NCBI GenBank assembly: GCA_016196125.1
Contig: JACPYG010000006.1
Coordinates: 54,511 to 118,510 of the forward strand
Direction: 5' to 3'
Origin: Candidatus Staskawiczbacteria bacterium
GTDB taxonomy: Bacteria; Patescibacteriota; Minisyncoccia; Minisyncoccales; Staskawiczbacteraceae
Length of the DNA: 64,000 bases
The notes beneath the pieces are model-generated. The model was not told the DNA's origin. It saw only the letters and a list, made by a program, of their open reading frames with translations, and searched no databases. Position 1 is the stretch's first letter, and each line of letters begins with the position of its first letter. The position numbers and the translations under genes are program-made. This document shows positions 48,635-58,321 of this stretch, in pieces.

Positions 48635-51345
48635 TACCTGGTTGATGATTTTTCTAATTTTTGAGGTTCTTCCATTTTAGAAAAAGTTTTTGGCGTATCA
48701 AATACAATTTTCCCGTCTTTTGCGTCAATTAAAACTCTGCTTCCTTCTGTTATTTCATTAACAACTATCTTAATCGACAAAGGGTCCAAAATTAATCTTT
48801 GAATTACTCTCTTCAATGGCCTTGCTCCCAAATTTGGATCAAATCCGTCTTTAACTAATAATTCTTTTGCTTTTTCAGAAATTATAATTTTTATCTCTTT
48901 TGTTTTTAATCTTTTTTCAACTTTTAACAGTTCCAACTCAACAATTTTTTTAATTTCTTCTTTTCTTAAATAGTTAAATATTACAATTTCGTCAATTCTA
49001 TTCAAAAACTCCGGCCTAAACTGGTCTTTTAGGGAATCGCCTATTTTATCTTTCATCGATTCTCTTTCCGATATCTCTTCTTTTGTATTAAAACCAATTG
49101 AAGACATTTTATTTATATAGTCTGAACCGACATTTGAAGTCATTATTATAATCGTATTTTTGAAAGATACCATCCTGCCCTTTGAGTCTGTAAGCCTTCC
49201 ATCTTCAAAAATCTGAAGTAAAATATTAAAAACTTCGGGATGCGCTTTTTCAACCTCATCTAATAAAATAACAGAATACGGCCTTCTTCTAACTTTTTCT
49301 GTGAGTTGACCGGCTTCTTCATAGCCGACATATCCCGGAGGCGAACCAATAATTTTAGAAACAGTGTGGCGCTCCATATATTCTGACATATCCAATCTTA
49401 TCATGGCTTTTTCATCGTCAAATAAAAATTCGGCTAAAGCTCTGGCAGTTTCAGTCTTACCGACTCCGGTTGGACCTAAGAATAAAAATGATCCTAATGG
49501 TTTGCTTTCTTCGGAAATACCGGCCCTTGCCCTTCTTATCGCTCTTGATATGGCCGAAATTGCCTCTTTTTGGCCAATAACCCTTTTATTTAAAATATCT
49601 TCCATTGTTTCCAATTTTTTAGCTTCTTCCGTAATAAGTCTTGTAACAGGAATGCCGGTCCAACGCGAAACAACTTTGGCAACCTCTTCTTCGGTTACTT
49701 CTTCTTTCAAAAAATGATGGGTCTCTTGAAGCTTAATTAATTTTTGCTCAACTAATTTCAGCTCTTTTAAAAGCTGGGGTATTTTACTGTATTTTATTTC
49801 AGCCACCTTTTCCAAATCAGCTTCTCTTTGGGCAATTTCTGTTTGATAAGAAAGTTCGTCAATTTTTTTCCTGATGTCTTTTATTTTATTAATTAATCCT
49901 TTTTCTGCGTCCCATTTGACTCTAAGTTCTTTGGTTTTCTCTTTCAGATCGGCCAATTCTTTGGCAATTACTTTTAACCTCCTTTCAGAACCTTTTTCTT
50001 TTTTTAAAGCCTGTTTTTCTATTTCAAACTTTGTAATTTCTTCTTCGTATTTTTCTAATTCCTGCGGTTCTGATTCAATTTCTAATCTCAAAGCCGAAGC
50101 CGCCTCATCCATTAAGTCAACCGCTTTGTCTGGTAAAAACCTGTCAGAAATATAGCGGCCGCTTAATTCAACAGCTGCTTTAATAGCGGAATCTTTAATT
50201 CTTACTCCATGATGAACTTCGTATTTTTCTTTAATGCCTCTTAATATTGCAGTTGCATCTTCGGCCGAAGGTTCTTGGACATAAATCGGCTGAAATCTTC
50301 TTTCTAATGCCGGGTCTTTTTCAATATATTTTTGGTATTCTTTCAAAGTTGTGGCTCCAATTGCCCTTAATTCTCCTCTTGCTAAAGCCGGCTTCAATAA
50401 ATTTGAAGCGTCAATTGCGCCTTCAGCGGCCCCGGCTCCAACCAAGGTATGAAGCTCGTCAATAAATAAAATATATCGGCCGTCGGTACGGTTAATTTCT
50501 TTCAACAGGGCCTTTATTCTTGTTTCAAATTCGCCTCTGTATTTTGTGCCGGCAATTATCAGCCCTAAATCCAAAGAAATTATTTCTTTATTTTTCAAAA
50601 ACTCCGGCACATTGCCCCTTGCAATTCTTTGGGCAAATCCTTCTACGATTGCTGTTTTTCCAACTCCGGCCTCACCAATCAACACAGGATTATTTTTAGT
50701 CCTGCGGGATATAATTTGCATCATTCTTCTAATTTCATTATCTCTGCCGACTATCGGATCAATTTTTCCGGCAGCAGCCAAATTAGTCAAGTTTCTGGTA
50801 TATTTTTCAATTACCTGATATTTTGACTCTGGCTCCGGGTCTGTAATTTTTTGCCCGCCTCTTATTTGTGAAAGAATTTTCAAAACTTCTCCATAATCAA
50901 GCTTTGAAGTTTTTAAATTATTTGAATCTCCCAAAGAACTGAAAAATGTAACCTTTTCTAAAATTTCTTTGGCGCCTGATTTAGTGTCTAATAATGATAG
51001 AAAAAAATGCTCAACAGAAATAAACTCGTCTCCCATTTTTATTGCTTCCTGTCGCGCTCTGTCTAAAACCTTTGCCATATCCTGCGTTAAGTAAAATTGG
51101 CCGAAAACAGTCGGAGCCGCAATCGTTGGAATTTTTATAATTTGCGCTTCAACTTTCTTTTTTAAGGAGTCCAAATCAACCCCCAGCTTTAAAAGTATAG
51201 TTAAAACCACGCTGCCATCCTGCGAGAGCAAAGCAAAAAGCAGGTGCAGAGCGTCTATTTGCTGCTGTCCTTTTTCTTGAGCCAACTGCTGAGCCGACAT
51301 TATGGCATCTTGAGCTTTATTTGTAAAATTAGCCCCTCCGTTCAC
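48634..51345 (-). CDS. clpB: ATP-dependent chaperone ClpB (two AAA+ modules with middle coiled-coil)
   Basis: Two Walker A motifs ([13 protein letters not shown]; [15 protein letters not shown]), a long coiled-coil M-domain and a ClpB-type N-domain. Probable GTG start at 51345. Confidence 0.95.
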   Translation of the reverse strand: MNGGANFTNKAQDAIMSAQQLAQEKGQQQIDALHLLFALLSQDGSVVLTILLKLGVDLDSLKKKVEAQIIKIPTIAAPTVFGQFYLTQDMAKVLDRARQEAIKMGDEFISVEHFFLSLLDTKSGAKEILEKVTFFSSLGDSNNLKTSKLDYGEVLKILSQIRGGQKITDPEPESKYQVIEKYTRNLTNLAAAGKIDPIVGRDNEIRRMMQIISRRTKNNPVLIGEAGVGKTAIVEGFAQRIARGNVPEFLKNKEIISLDLGLIIAGTKYRGEFETRIKALLKEINRTDGRYILFIDELHTLVGAGAAEGAIDASNLLKPALARGELRAIGATTLKEYQKYIEKDPALERRFQPIYVQEPSAEDATAILRGIKEKYEVHHGVRIKDSAIKAAVELSGRYISDRFLPDKAVDLMDEAASALRLEIESEPQELEKYEEEITKFEIEKQALKKEKGSERRLKVIAKELADLKEKTKELRVKWDAEKGLINKIKDIRKKIDELSYQTEIAQREADLEKVAEIKYSKIPQLLKELKLVEQKLIKLQETHHFLKEEVTEEEVAKVVSRWTGIPVTRLITEEAKKLETMEDILNKRVIGQKEAISAISRAIRRARAGISEESKPLGSFLFLGPTGVGKTETARALAEFLFDDEKAMIRLDMSEYMERHTVSKIIGSPPGYVGYEEAGQLTEKVRRRPYSVILLDEVEKAHPEVFNILLQIFEDGRLTDSKGRMVSFKNTIIIMTSNVGSDYINKMSSIGFNTKEEISERESMKDKIGDSLKDQFRPEFLNRIDEIVIFNYLRKEEIKKIVELELLKVEKRLKTKEIKIIISEKAKELLVKDGFDPNLGARPLKRVIQRLILDPLSIKIVVNEITEGSRVLIDAKDGKIVFDTPKTFSKMEEPQKLEKSSTR

Positions 51346-51443
51346 TCTTCACCCATACGAATTTATAATTTGTAAATATTTTAATTCGCTGGTATTAACG
51401 TAATATTTTCAAACTCTTCACTCATCTTTGGGTGAAGAGTTCA
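51342..51443. promoter_or_regulatory. inverted repeat TCACTCTTCACCCA-N73-TGGGTGAAGAGTTCA spanning the clpB start and upstream region (same core as at 46588-46660)
   Basis: Read directly; an additional partial direct copy AAACTCTTCACTCA at 51411-51424. Confidence 0.5.
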
Positions 51444-51508
51444 TAGTTTAATGTTTTATAATGCTATTCTATTCTAAAACTTAAAAAAATCAAGTGTTAA
51501 TTTTTGAT

Positions 51509-52759
51509 TTATTCGCTCCTTTCTCCTAAAATAACATCAATATTTAATTCATTGCCGTCTCTTAGAACCTTCAAAATTACTTTATCTCCCGCATTATATT
51601 TTGCGATAATTCTTGTCATTGAATTGTCTGTGGTTATTTTTTCACCGTTAAATTCTAAAATAATATCTTCTGATTCAATTCCTGCCTTATCTGCGGCTGA
51701 ATCTTTTATTATGGCTGGCTCTCCCTCATTCCCTTTTTTGACCCATGCGCCATAGTCAACCGGCAATTTATTTTTTTCTTTTATCTGCTCATTAATTAAA
51801 ACATATCTGACCCCTAAAAACGGATAAACTATTTTGTTGCCTTTTGAAACTTGCTCAATATCTTTCTTGGCTCTGTTTATGGGAATAGCAAAACCAATAG
51901 CTTCCGCTCCTTGGGCCATTGCTGTATTTATACCGATAACTTCTCCCTTCAAATTTAATAAAGGTCCGCCGGAATTTCCCGCATTAATTGCGGCATCTGT
52001 CTGTATAATATCTTCTAATGTTTCTGAAAATCCTCCTTGGCCTGAAGCAAGAATAGTTCTTCCAAGGCCCGAAATTACCCCTACTGAAACTGTATTGCGA
52101 AATTCACCTAAGGCATTGCCAATAGCAATAGCGCTTTGGCCAATTTGTATTCCTGAAGAATCGCCAAGTTGTATTGCTTTGAATTTTTTGTCACTTTCAA
52201 TTTTGATTATAGCTAAATCCTGGACTGGGTCTAATGCCAAAACTTTAGCTGAAAATTTTTGACCGTCATTGGTAAAAACGGTATATTCTGCTTTTTTATC
52301 CAAAACCACATGCTTATTTGTCAGAATGAGACCATCTTCTGAAACTATAAATCCAGAACCGCTTCCCACCTCTTGCTGTTTTGTTCCTTTTTGAATATAT
52401 CGTGGAATTTCAAAACCTGGAATGCTTAAATCTCCAAACGGATCAATCCATTGTTGCTCATAAACTGGAAGATTTTTTGTGATAATAATGCTTACAACCG
52501 AAGGAGATGATTCTTTTACGGAATTAATTATTGATTGCTCATAAGAAACCTGGGGGATATATCTATTTTCAATAATTTTTTCAGTTTTTGGCCCATACAA
52601 AAAAGACCTTACTTGATCCCCGGAGGCAAAACCAACTGCAAAAAATATAATAAAAGCCAATGCTGAAACCCAAGCAACCTTATTTTTCTCGTTAAATGCC
52701 TCTTTTATTGTTTTTTTAAACTTAGGAGCATTAAACTCTGGTAAATTATAAAGACTCAT
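51509..52759 (-). CDS. htrA: HtrA/DegP-family serine endoprotease with PDZ domain
   Basis: GNSGGPLLNLKGEVIGINTA catalytic Ser motif, His/Asp region, C-terminal PDZ. The start is trimmed to MSLYN (ATG at 52759). Confidence 0.9.
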   Translation of the reverse strand: MSLYNLPEFNAPKFKKTIKEAFNEKNKVAWVSALAFIIFFAVGFASGDQVRSFLYGPKTEKIIENRYIPQVSYEQSIINSVKESSPSVVSIIITKNLPVYEQQWIDPFGDLSIPGFEIPRYIQKGTKQQEVGSGSGFIVSEDGLILTNKHVVLDKKAEYTVFTNDGQKFSAKVLALDPVQDLAIIKIESDKKFKAIQLGDSSGIQIGQSAIAIGNALGEFRNTVSVGVISGLGRTILASGQGGFSETLEDIIQTDAAINAGNSGGPLLNLKGEVIGINTAMAQGAEAIGFAIPINRAKKDIEQVSKGNKIVYPFLGVRYVLINEQIKEKNKLPVDYGAWVKKGNEGEPAIIKDSAADKAGIESEDIILEFNGEKITTDNSMTRIIAKYNAGDKVILKVLRDGNELNIDVILGERSE

Positions 52760-53441
52760 GTTTTTGCAATTTAATAATTTTGTATTCCAACAGCATTTTA
52801 AAAATTTTAAACCACATTTTAGGACTTTTAATAAATTTGCTGTTCTGAACTCCGCCACATCTTTTTAAATTGGGAATTGGAACTTCTTTTATGGTAAAAC
52901 CTTTATTTATTGCCTTAATGTTCATTTCTGTTTCAATGTCAAAATCATCGCTTTGCAAATCAAGGGCATCCCAGTCTTTTCTGCGAATTGCCCGAAATCC
53001 TGCCAACGGATCGGAGACTTTTAAACCCAAAATAGAAGAAACCGGATTAGCTATTGCGCTATATAACTGAAAAAACTGTCTCATTTCAGGATCTTCTTTA
53101 TTAAACTTAGTTAAACTTCTGCAACCCAAAACAAGTTGATTATTCTCTAATTTTTTCAACAACGCTGGAATAAAATCCGCAGGATCTGTTCCGTCTCCGT
53201 CAAGAAATATCAATACATCTCCACTGCTTTGTTTTACGGCTTCTTTCATTTGCCAACCCTTGCCTTTTTTTTCTAATCTTAAAACTTTAACTCCCAAACT
53301 TTCTGCAATTATCGGAGTCATATCGCTTGAAGCATCAGCAACTATCACCTCGGAAAATTCCCTGATTTTTTTTGGTATAGAACAGATAACTTTGGCAATG
53401 CCCTCTTCCTCATTAAGGGTAGGAATAATAATGCTTAACAT
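52746..53441 (-). CDS. glycosyltransferase family 2, dolichyl/polyprenyl-phosphate hexosyltransferase (DPM1)-like
   Basis: LSIIIPTLNEEEGI...FLDGDGTD GT-A motifs; 231 aa. Confidence 0.8.
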   Translation of the reverse strand: MLSIIIPTLNEEEGIAKVICSIPKKIREFSEVIVADASSDMTPIIAESLGVKVLRLEKKGKGWQMKEAVKQSSGDVLIFLDGDGTDPADFIPALLKKLENNQLVLGCRSLTKFNKEDPEMRQFFQLYSAIANPVSSILGLKVSDPLAGFRAIRRKDWDALDLQSDDFDIETEMNIKAINKGFTIKEVPIPNLKRCGGVQNSKFIKSPKMWFKIFKMLLEYKIIKLQKHESL

Positions 53442-53474
53442 ATTATTGTTTTGAATAATAAATGAAATTATGCG

Positions 53475-54596
53475 TTAAATCTGCGAAACAACAAAATCAA
53501 CTATATCTTCTGCCGCGCGAGGCTTTTGAATCTTTTTGCAATTACTTCTCATTTTTTCTAATTTATCCGGTTGTGAAAATAAATCAACAACTGCTCTGAT
53601 AATTTCTTTTGTATTCTTAACCTTAACTCCTGCATTGTTATCAACTAAATAATTGATATTATCTTCTTCTTGGCCGGGGATAGTTTTATAGACAATCATC
53701 GGCAGATTCTTAACTAAACACTCTGCCGTAGTTGAACCGCCTGCCTTGGATAAAATTAAATCTGATATTGCCATAAAGCTTTCCATATTTGAAACTAAAC
53801 CAAAAATTCTTACGGATGCTATTTTTTTTAATTCTGAATTTTCTAATTTTTTTTGCAAGACCCTATCGCGTCCGGCCACGATAATAAATTGCACTGAATT
53901 ACTTCTTTCCTTCACTCCTAAAACAACTTTCAGCAAGTCATTATATTTTAATTGCCCTCCTATAATCAGTAAAACTGGCCGGGAAGAATCAAGGTTTAAA
54001 TTTTCTAAAATTTCATAGCGGTCTTGGGGCTTATTAAATGAAGACTTTACCGGAATGCCAGTAATTTTTATTTTATTCAAATTAACTCCGTGGTCAAGCA
54101 GTGACTTTTCCATTTCTTTATTGGCCACAAAATAATAATTAATATCAGGATTGTGCCATAAAGGGTGAAAACCGAAGTCGGTGCAAACATTGGCGGATAA
54201 AACATCAATAATTCTTTTTTCTTCTATTAAGGAAACCAATTGAAGGGGCAAAGGATTTGTGGCCAATATGAAATCAGGAGAAAAATCTTTGACAAAAGAA
54301 ATAAACTGATTTTTTTTTACAAAGAATAAAGTCATTTGTTCTAAAACTCTCTGGATTAACTTATTATTATAGCTGTCATAAAATATTTTAAAAATAAATG
54401 GAGCTTTAGCTACAATATGGTTGTAGAAATAAGGATATCCGTGTTTAAGAAGGCCGTAAAGAAAATCAAACGAATCAGCATCTTTAATTTCAACCTCTGG
54501 GTACTTTTTTAAAAAAACTTCCACAATGGCTCGGGCTGGCATTAAGTGGCCCATGCCCGGTTTTCCATGTAAAATTAGGACTTTCTTTTTTTCCAT
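53475..54596 (-). CDS. diacylglycerol glycosyltransferase, MGDG-synthase/UgtP-like (GT28)
   Basis: N-terminal VLILHGKPGMGH..A..A matches the MGDG_synth domain, with a GT28 C-terminal domain; 373 aa. Confidence 0.75.
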   Translation of the reverse strand: MEKKKVLILHGKPGMGHLMPARAIVEVFLKKYPEVEIKDADSFDFLYGLLKHGYPYFYNHIVAKAPFIFKIFYDSYNNKLIQRVLEQMTLFFVKKNQFISFVKDFSPDFILATNPLPLQLVSLIEEKRIIDVLSANVCTDFGFHPLWHNPDINYYFVANKEMEKSLLDHGVNLNKIKITGIPVKSSFNKPQDRYEILENLNLDSSRPVLLIIGGQLKYNDLLKVVLGVKERSNSVQFIIVAGRDRVLQKKLENSELKKIASVRIFGLVSNMESFMAISDLILSKAGGSTTAECLVKNLPMIVYKTIPGQEEDNINYLVDNNAGVKVKNTKEIIRAVVDLFSQPDKLEKMRSNCKKIQKPRAAEDIVDFVVSQI

Positions 54597-54598
54597 CT

Positions 54599-54856
54599 CT
54601 ATTTTGTTTTTTGGTATTTCAAAATTATAAAATAAATAACAATTACAAAAAACAATGAAAAAATATTGCCAAAGAAATTATTGAATGCATCCGGATAGAA
54701 TAAATCTGCACCCAATATATTAAAATAGTTAATAAGATATAAATCGCCAGAAATTACCACCGCAAAAAAGACAACGAGCATATGAATTATAGCCGAAAAC
54801 AGCATCAGGATGAATAATGCGTTTATGTATTTATTTTTCACTATTTTAATATTCAT
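54599..54856 (-). CDS. small hydrophobic membrane protein, hypothetical
   Basis: 85-aa ORF with two hydrophobic helices, packed between genes. Confidence 0.4.
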   Translation of the reverse strand: MNIKIVKNKYINALFILMLFSAIIHMLVVFFAVVISGDLYLINYFNILGADLFYPDAFNNFFGNIFSLFFVIVIYFIILKYQKTK

Positions 54857-54898
54857 AGAAAATTTAATTTATTATAATTTTCCTATTCATAATATTCA

Positions 54899-55900
54899 TT
54901 ATTGATTAAACAATTTTTTGGCTTCGTTCCATATTGCGGGTTGTCTTTGGTTTTCTTTCATCCAATACCACCATTCGGCGCCCCAAAGATAAAATTCTTT
55001 CAAACCGGTTTCTTTTGCGTATTTGATATTTTCTTTGAATTGTTCTAAATTCATTGTTTTTTCTTGTTCTTTCAGGGGAACATCATAAAAAAGTTCATTC
55101 GCCCATGGTTCCGCTTGTAATTCTGTGTTTATCACATCCTTCCCAAACATCTTTTTTATTATTTGGGCCTTCCGCCAGTAATGAACAGGCGGTAAAAATG
55201 ACTTGATATAAAAACCGAAAATATTATTTATGTTGCTCCAAACTTTTCTATACATGGTTATTCCGACTATATCTCCTATTTTTGCCGCTCCAAACCACAT
55301 TGACTGTTCCCCGGAATCAGAAACAATAATTGACCTTGCAGAATCGAGTGATTTTACCAGCTCTGCTTCTTTTTTTAAAAAATTTTTATCGTACCAAGGA
55401 CATTCTCCAAATTTAAAAAGCGGCTCATTTTCCACTTGCCAAAAAATGATTGATTTGGAATTTTTATACCTTAAAACAACTTCTTTGATATATTTTAATA
55501 TTTCTTGCTGTTGCTGCTGTTTTGAAAGGCCATTCGCCCATCGAGGAACATGGCATTCAGGCCAGCGGCCAGTTTTCATGCCAACAACATATATCAAATT
55601 AACCCCGCGGCTTTCGGCTTCATTTATTTGCCAATCTATGTCATCAAAATAATAACTGTCTTTTGTTCCTTCAATAAAATCCCAATTAGTTACTAATTTT
55701 ATATTCTTTACGCTTAAATCATCCAGTAAAGCAAGATAAACTTCTCTCCAGTTGAGTCTTAAGTTTTCCGCCTGCATTTGGGAAAAATTAACCCCCCATA
55801 TGATATTTTTTTGCTTTGGAGCCTTGCCAATAAAAAAATACAAAAAAATTATAAATAATACGATTAAAACTAAAATTATTATTTTTAGCATTTTATTCAT
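54899..55900 (-). CDS. membrane-anchored glycoside hydrolase ((beta/alpha)8, GH5/GH113-like)
   Basis: N-terminal TM anchor; WQVENEP motif containing the typical catalytic NEP acid/base. Confidence 0.55.
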   Translation of the reverse strand: MNKMLKIIILVLIVLFIIFLYFFIGKAPKQKNIIWGVNFSQMQAENLRLNWREVYLALLDDLSVKNIKLVTNWDFIEGTKDSYYFDDIDWQINEAESRGVNLIYVVGMKTGRWPECHVPRWANGLSKQQQQQEILKYIKEVVLRYKNSKSIIFWQVENEPLFKFGECPWYDKNFLKKEAELVKSLDSARSIIVSDSGEQSMWFGAAKIGDIVGITMYRKVWSNINNIFGFYIKSFLPPVHYWRKAQIIKKMFGKDVINTELQAEPWANELFYDVPLKEQEKTMNLEQFKENIKYAKETGLKEFYLWGAEWWYWMKENQRQPAIWNEAKKLFNQ

Positions 55901-57203
55901 TTTTAGATTCTATTATTTTTTCTATGTTATAAGTTCCTAATTTTTCTATTTCAATAAAGCCCTGCATTGCAATTTCTGCAAAGTCTCCGGTATTTAATAA
56001 ATCAAAAAACCATTGGTCGATATATTTTGGATTTTCTTGCGGGGTCCCCGCTCCGATATGCAAAAGCCATCTCTTGTTGAAATCCTCCTGCGAACCGATA
56101 GAAGGAGCAATAATAATAGGAATCCCCAATCCGGCATAAAAAGAAAGTTCTGAAGGTTTGGTCCATAAAACGTCTGTTTCTCTTAAAGCCTGATTAAACT
56201 TCTCAAAATACTCTTTCGTTGTTTTAGCAGATAATATATGGACCCATCCGTCTAATTTCAAACCCCTGACATTGTCGGTAAAATATTTAGTTAGCTCAAT
56301 TCTGGTACCCACAGCAATAATTATTCTAAGCTTGTTGTTCTTTATTTTATCTTTTAGGCTATTTACAGCTTTTAGCCCTATTTCTTTCTGGGCGCCAGCT
56401 CCTCCAATAGAAAACATTATTGTCAAAGGATGGTCTGATTTTTTTGGCAAATCCCCCAAATAACCCTGAATTAAAGGTTTATATAATTGTCTATATTTTA
56501 ACTTGGGATCAAGGTTTATAATACGATTTCTCAAATCCTCTTTTAAAATTTCCATATCTTTGCCTATATTTTCTTTTGGCAACGGATAGCCTGTTAAAAA
56601 TATTTTTTGAGGATCTACTCCGTAAAGCTTTAGTCTGTCCCTTACCCATGTACACGGAGCAAAATATTTAATTTTGCTTTTTTTAGGATCCAAAGAAGCC
56701 CAAACCCTGGCAATATCAGCGTCGCAGACAACACAATAAATATCATTTGGATATTGAAAGTGTTCTGCCATGAAGGCTGGCGTAAAAAAAGTGCTGATTA
56801 TCGGCAAATGGTTTTTTTTGAACCTCAAAATTAAATCTTCGCCCCAGCCTTTTTTTATAAAAGAAAAAATAACTTTGATATTAGAATCGGGACGGGACAA
56901 ATCTCTTTTGGGATAATAACTAAGAATTCTCTGAAACTTATCAAGAAAAGAAAAAATTATATTGCCAATAAGAGGAATTCTCTTGAATCTTGAAATAAAT
57001 TCATAAAGCGATTTTGTCGCATGCCAAAACCTCCTATCTTTTTCCGGAATACCGTCATAACTATTAGCGTTAATAACTTTTCCAGAAAAGGCAAGGTCTC
57101 TTAAAGGATAAGCTGTTCTCTGATGGCCATAACCCATATCGGCCGCAACAACCCATGCCCTTCGTTGTGATTCAGGACTTTCAGTTTTTTTATTATTAAT
57201 CAT
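55893..57203 (-). CDS. hypothetical GT-B-fold glycosyltransferase-like protein
   Basis: ADMGYGHQR N-terminal and FSIGGAGAQ C-terminal stretches resemble MurG/MGDG-type GT-B proteins; weak. Confidence 0.45.
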   Translation of the reverse strand: MINNKKTESPESQRRAWVVAADMGYGHQRTAYPLRDLAFSGKVINANSYDGIPEKDRRFWHATKSLYEFISRFKRIPLIGNIIFSFLDKFQRILSYYPKRDLSRPDSNIKVIFSFIKKGWGEDLILRFKKNHLPIISTFFTPAFMAEHFQYPNDIYCVVCDADIARVWASLDPKKSKIKYFAPCTWVRDRLKLYGVDPQKIFLTGYPLPKENIGKDMEILKEDLRNRIINLDPKLKYRQLYKPLIQGYLGDLPKKSDHPLTIMFSIGGAGAQKEIGLKAVNSLKDKIKNNKLRIIIAVGTRIELTKYFTDNVRGLKLDGWVHILSAKTTKEYFEKFNQALRETDVLWTKPSELSFYAGLGIPIIIAPSIGSQEDFNKRWLLHIGAGTPQENPKYIDQWFFDLLNTGDFAEIAMQGFIEIEKLGTYNIEKIIESKNE

Positions 57204-57301
57204 ATTATTTTGATTGTATCATACATCTTGAAAAATTTTAATATTCTGATAGTATGAAAACATGGTTTTTGGCACTTTAATTAGAAAAAATAATCTGCCT
57301 C

Positions 57302-57340
57302 AAAAAAACAAAAGCCGCAATGACAAAGTCCTGCGGCTGT
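57302..57340 (-). terminator. rho-independent terminator downstream of ftsZ (AGCCGCAGG-loop-TGCGGCT then T-rich on the minus strand)
   Basis: Read directly. Confidence 0.6.
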
Positions 57341-57396
57341 TTATTTGCAAACTACAAATTAAATAAAAAGAATAAAAATTATTTTTGACGGAGTCG

Positions 57397-58317
57397 CTAG
57401 AGCTTGGTTGCTATGACGGTAATTTTTATTTCACCTTTCAAGAGAGTGCCGTCTTTTACCGCTCCAAAAATTATTTGCGATTTTGCGCCAACGTTTTTAG
57501 TAATAACTTTTGCCGCTTCCTGAATCTCATTTAAAGTTATGTCCTGACCCGAAGCATTGAACAAAACTCCCTTTGCTCCCTTAATCGAAAAATCCAACAA
57601 AGGAGAATTAATTGCCTTTGTCGCCGCTTCTATTGCGCGATTTTCGCCCTTTGCCCTGCCAACGCCAAAAAGCGCACGGCCTGAGTTTTTCATAATTGAT
57701 AATACCGAAGAAAAATCAATATTTATAATTCCGGGAACCAAAATTAAATCTGTTATGCCTTGCACTGCCTCTCTTAAAATGTCGTCGCAAATTAAAAAAG
57801 CGCTTGATACTGTTGTTTTTTCGTTGATTATGCCTAAAAGCTTGTCGTTAGAAATAATTATTAAGGAATCAACTTTCTCTTTAAATTTTTGTAAGGCATT
57901 TTCTGCGACTCTTTTTCTTTGTTCGCCCTCAAAAGAAAACGGAGTTGTAACCACTGCTATAGTTAAAATACCCAAATTCCTTGATATTTCGGCAATGACT
58001 GGCGCAGCTCCGCTTCCAGTTCCGCCGCCGAGGCCGCAGGTAACAAAAACCATATCCGAATCTTTTAAAATTTCCGATATTTCCTCTTTTGATTCTTCTG
58101 CGGCTTTTTTACCCAATACAACATCCATCCCCGTTCCAAGTCCTTTTGTTGTATCTTTTCCTATGAGAATTTTTTTACTGACTTTGCAAAAATGCAATGC
58201 CTGAGCGTCCGTGTTTGCGGCAATCAACTCTACGCCCTGAATATCAAATTTTGTCATTCGGGAAACCGTATTGGATCCAGACCCTCCAACTCCTATCACC
58301 TTAATTTTCGGATTCAT
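57397..58317 (-). CDS. ftsZ: cell division GTPase FtsZ (short form, 306 aa)
   Basis: IKVIGVGGSGSN and GGGTGSGAAPVIAEI tubulin signature. Confidence 0.9.
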   Translation of the reverse strand: MNPKIKVIGVGGSGSNTVSRMTKFDIQGVELIAANTDAQALHFCKVSKKILIGKDTTKGLGTGMDVVLGKKAAEESKEEISEILKDSDMVFVTCGLGGGTGSGAAPVIAEISRNLGILTIAVVTTPFSFEGEQRKRVAENALQKFKEKVDSLIIISNDKLLGIINEKTTVSSAFLICDDILREAVQGITDLILVPGIINIDFSSVLSIMKNSGRALFGVGRAKGENRAIEAATKAINSPLLDFSIKGAKGVLFNASGQDITLNEIQEAAKVITKNVGAKSQIIFGAVKDGTLLKGEIKITVIATKL

Positions 58318-58321
58318 ATGT

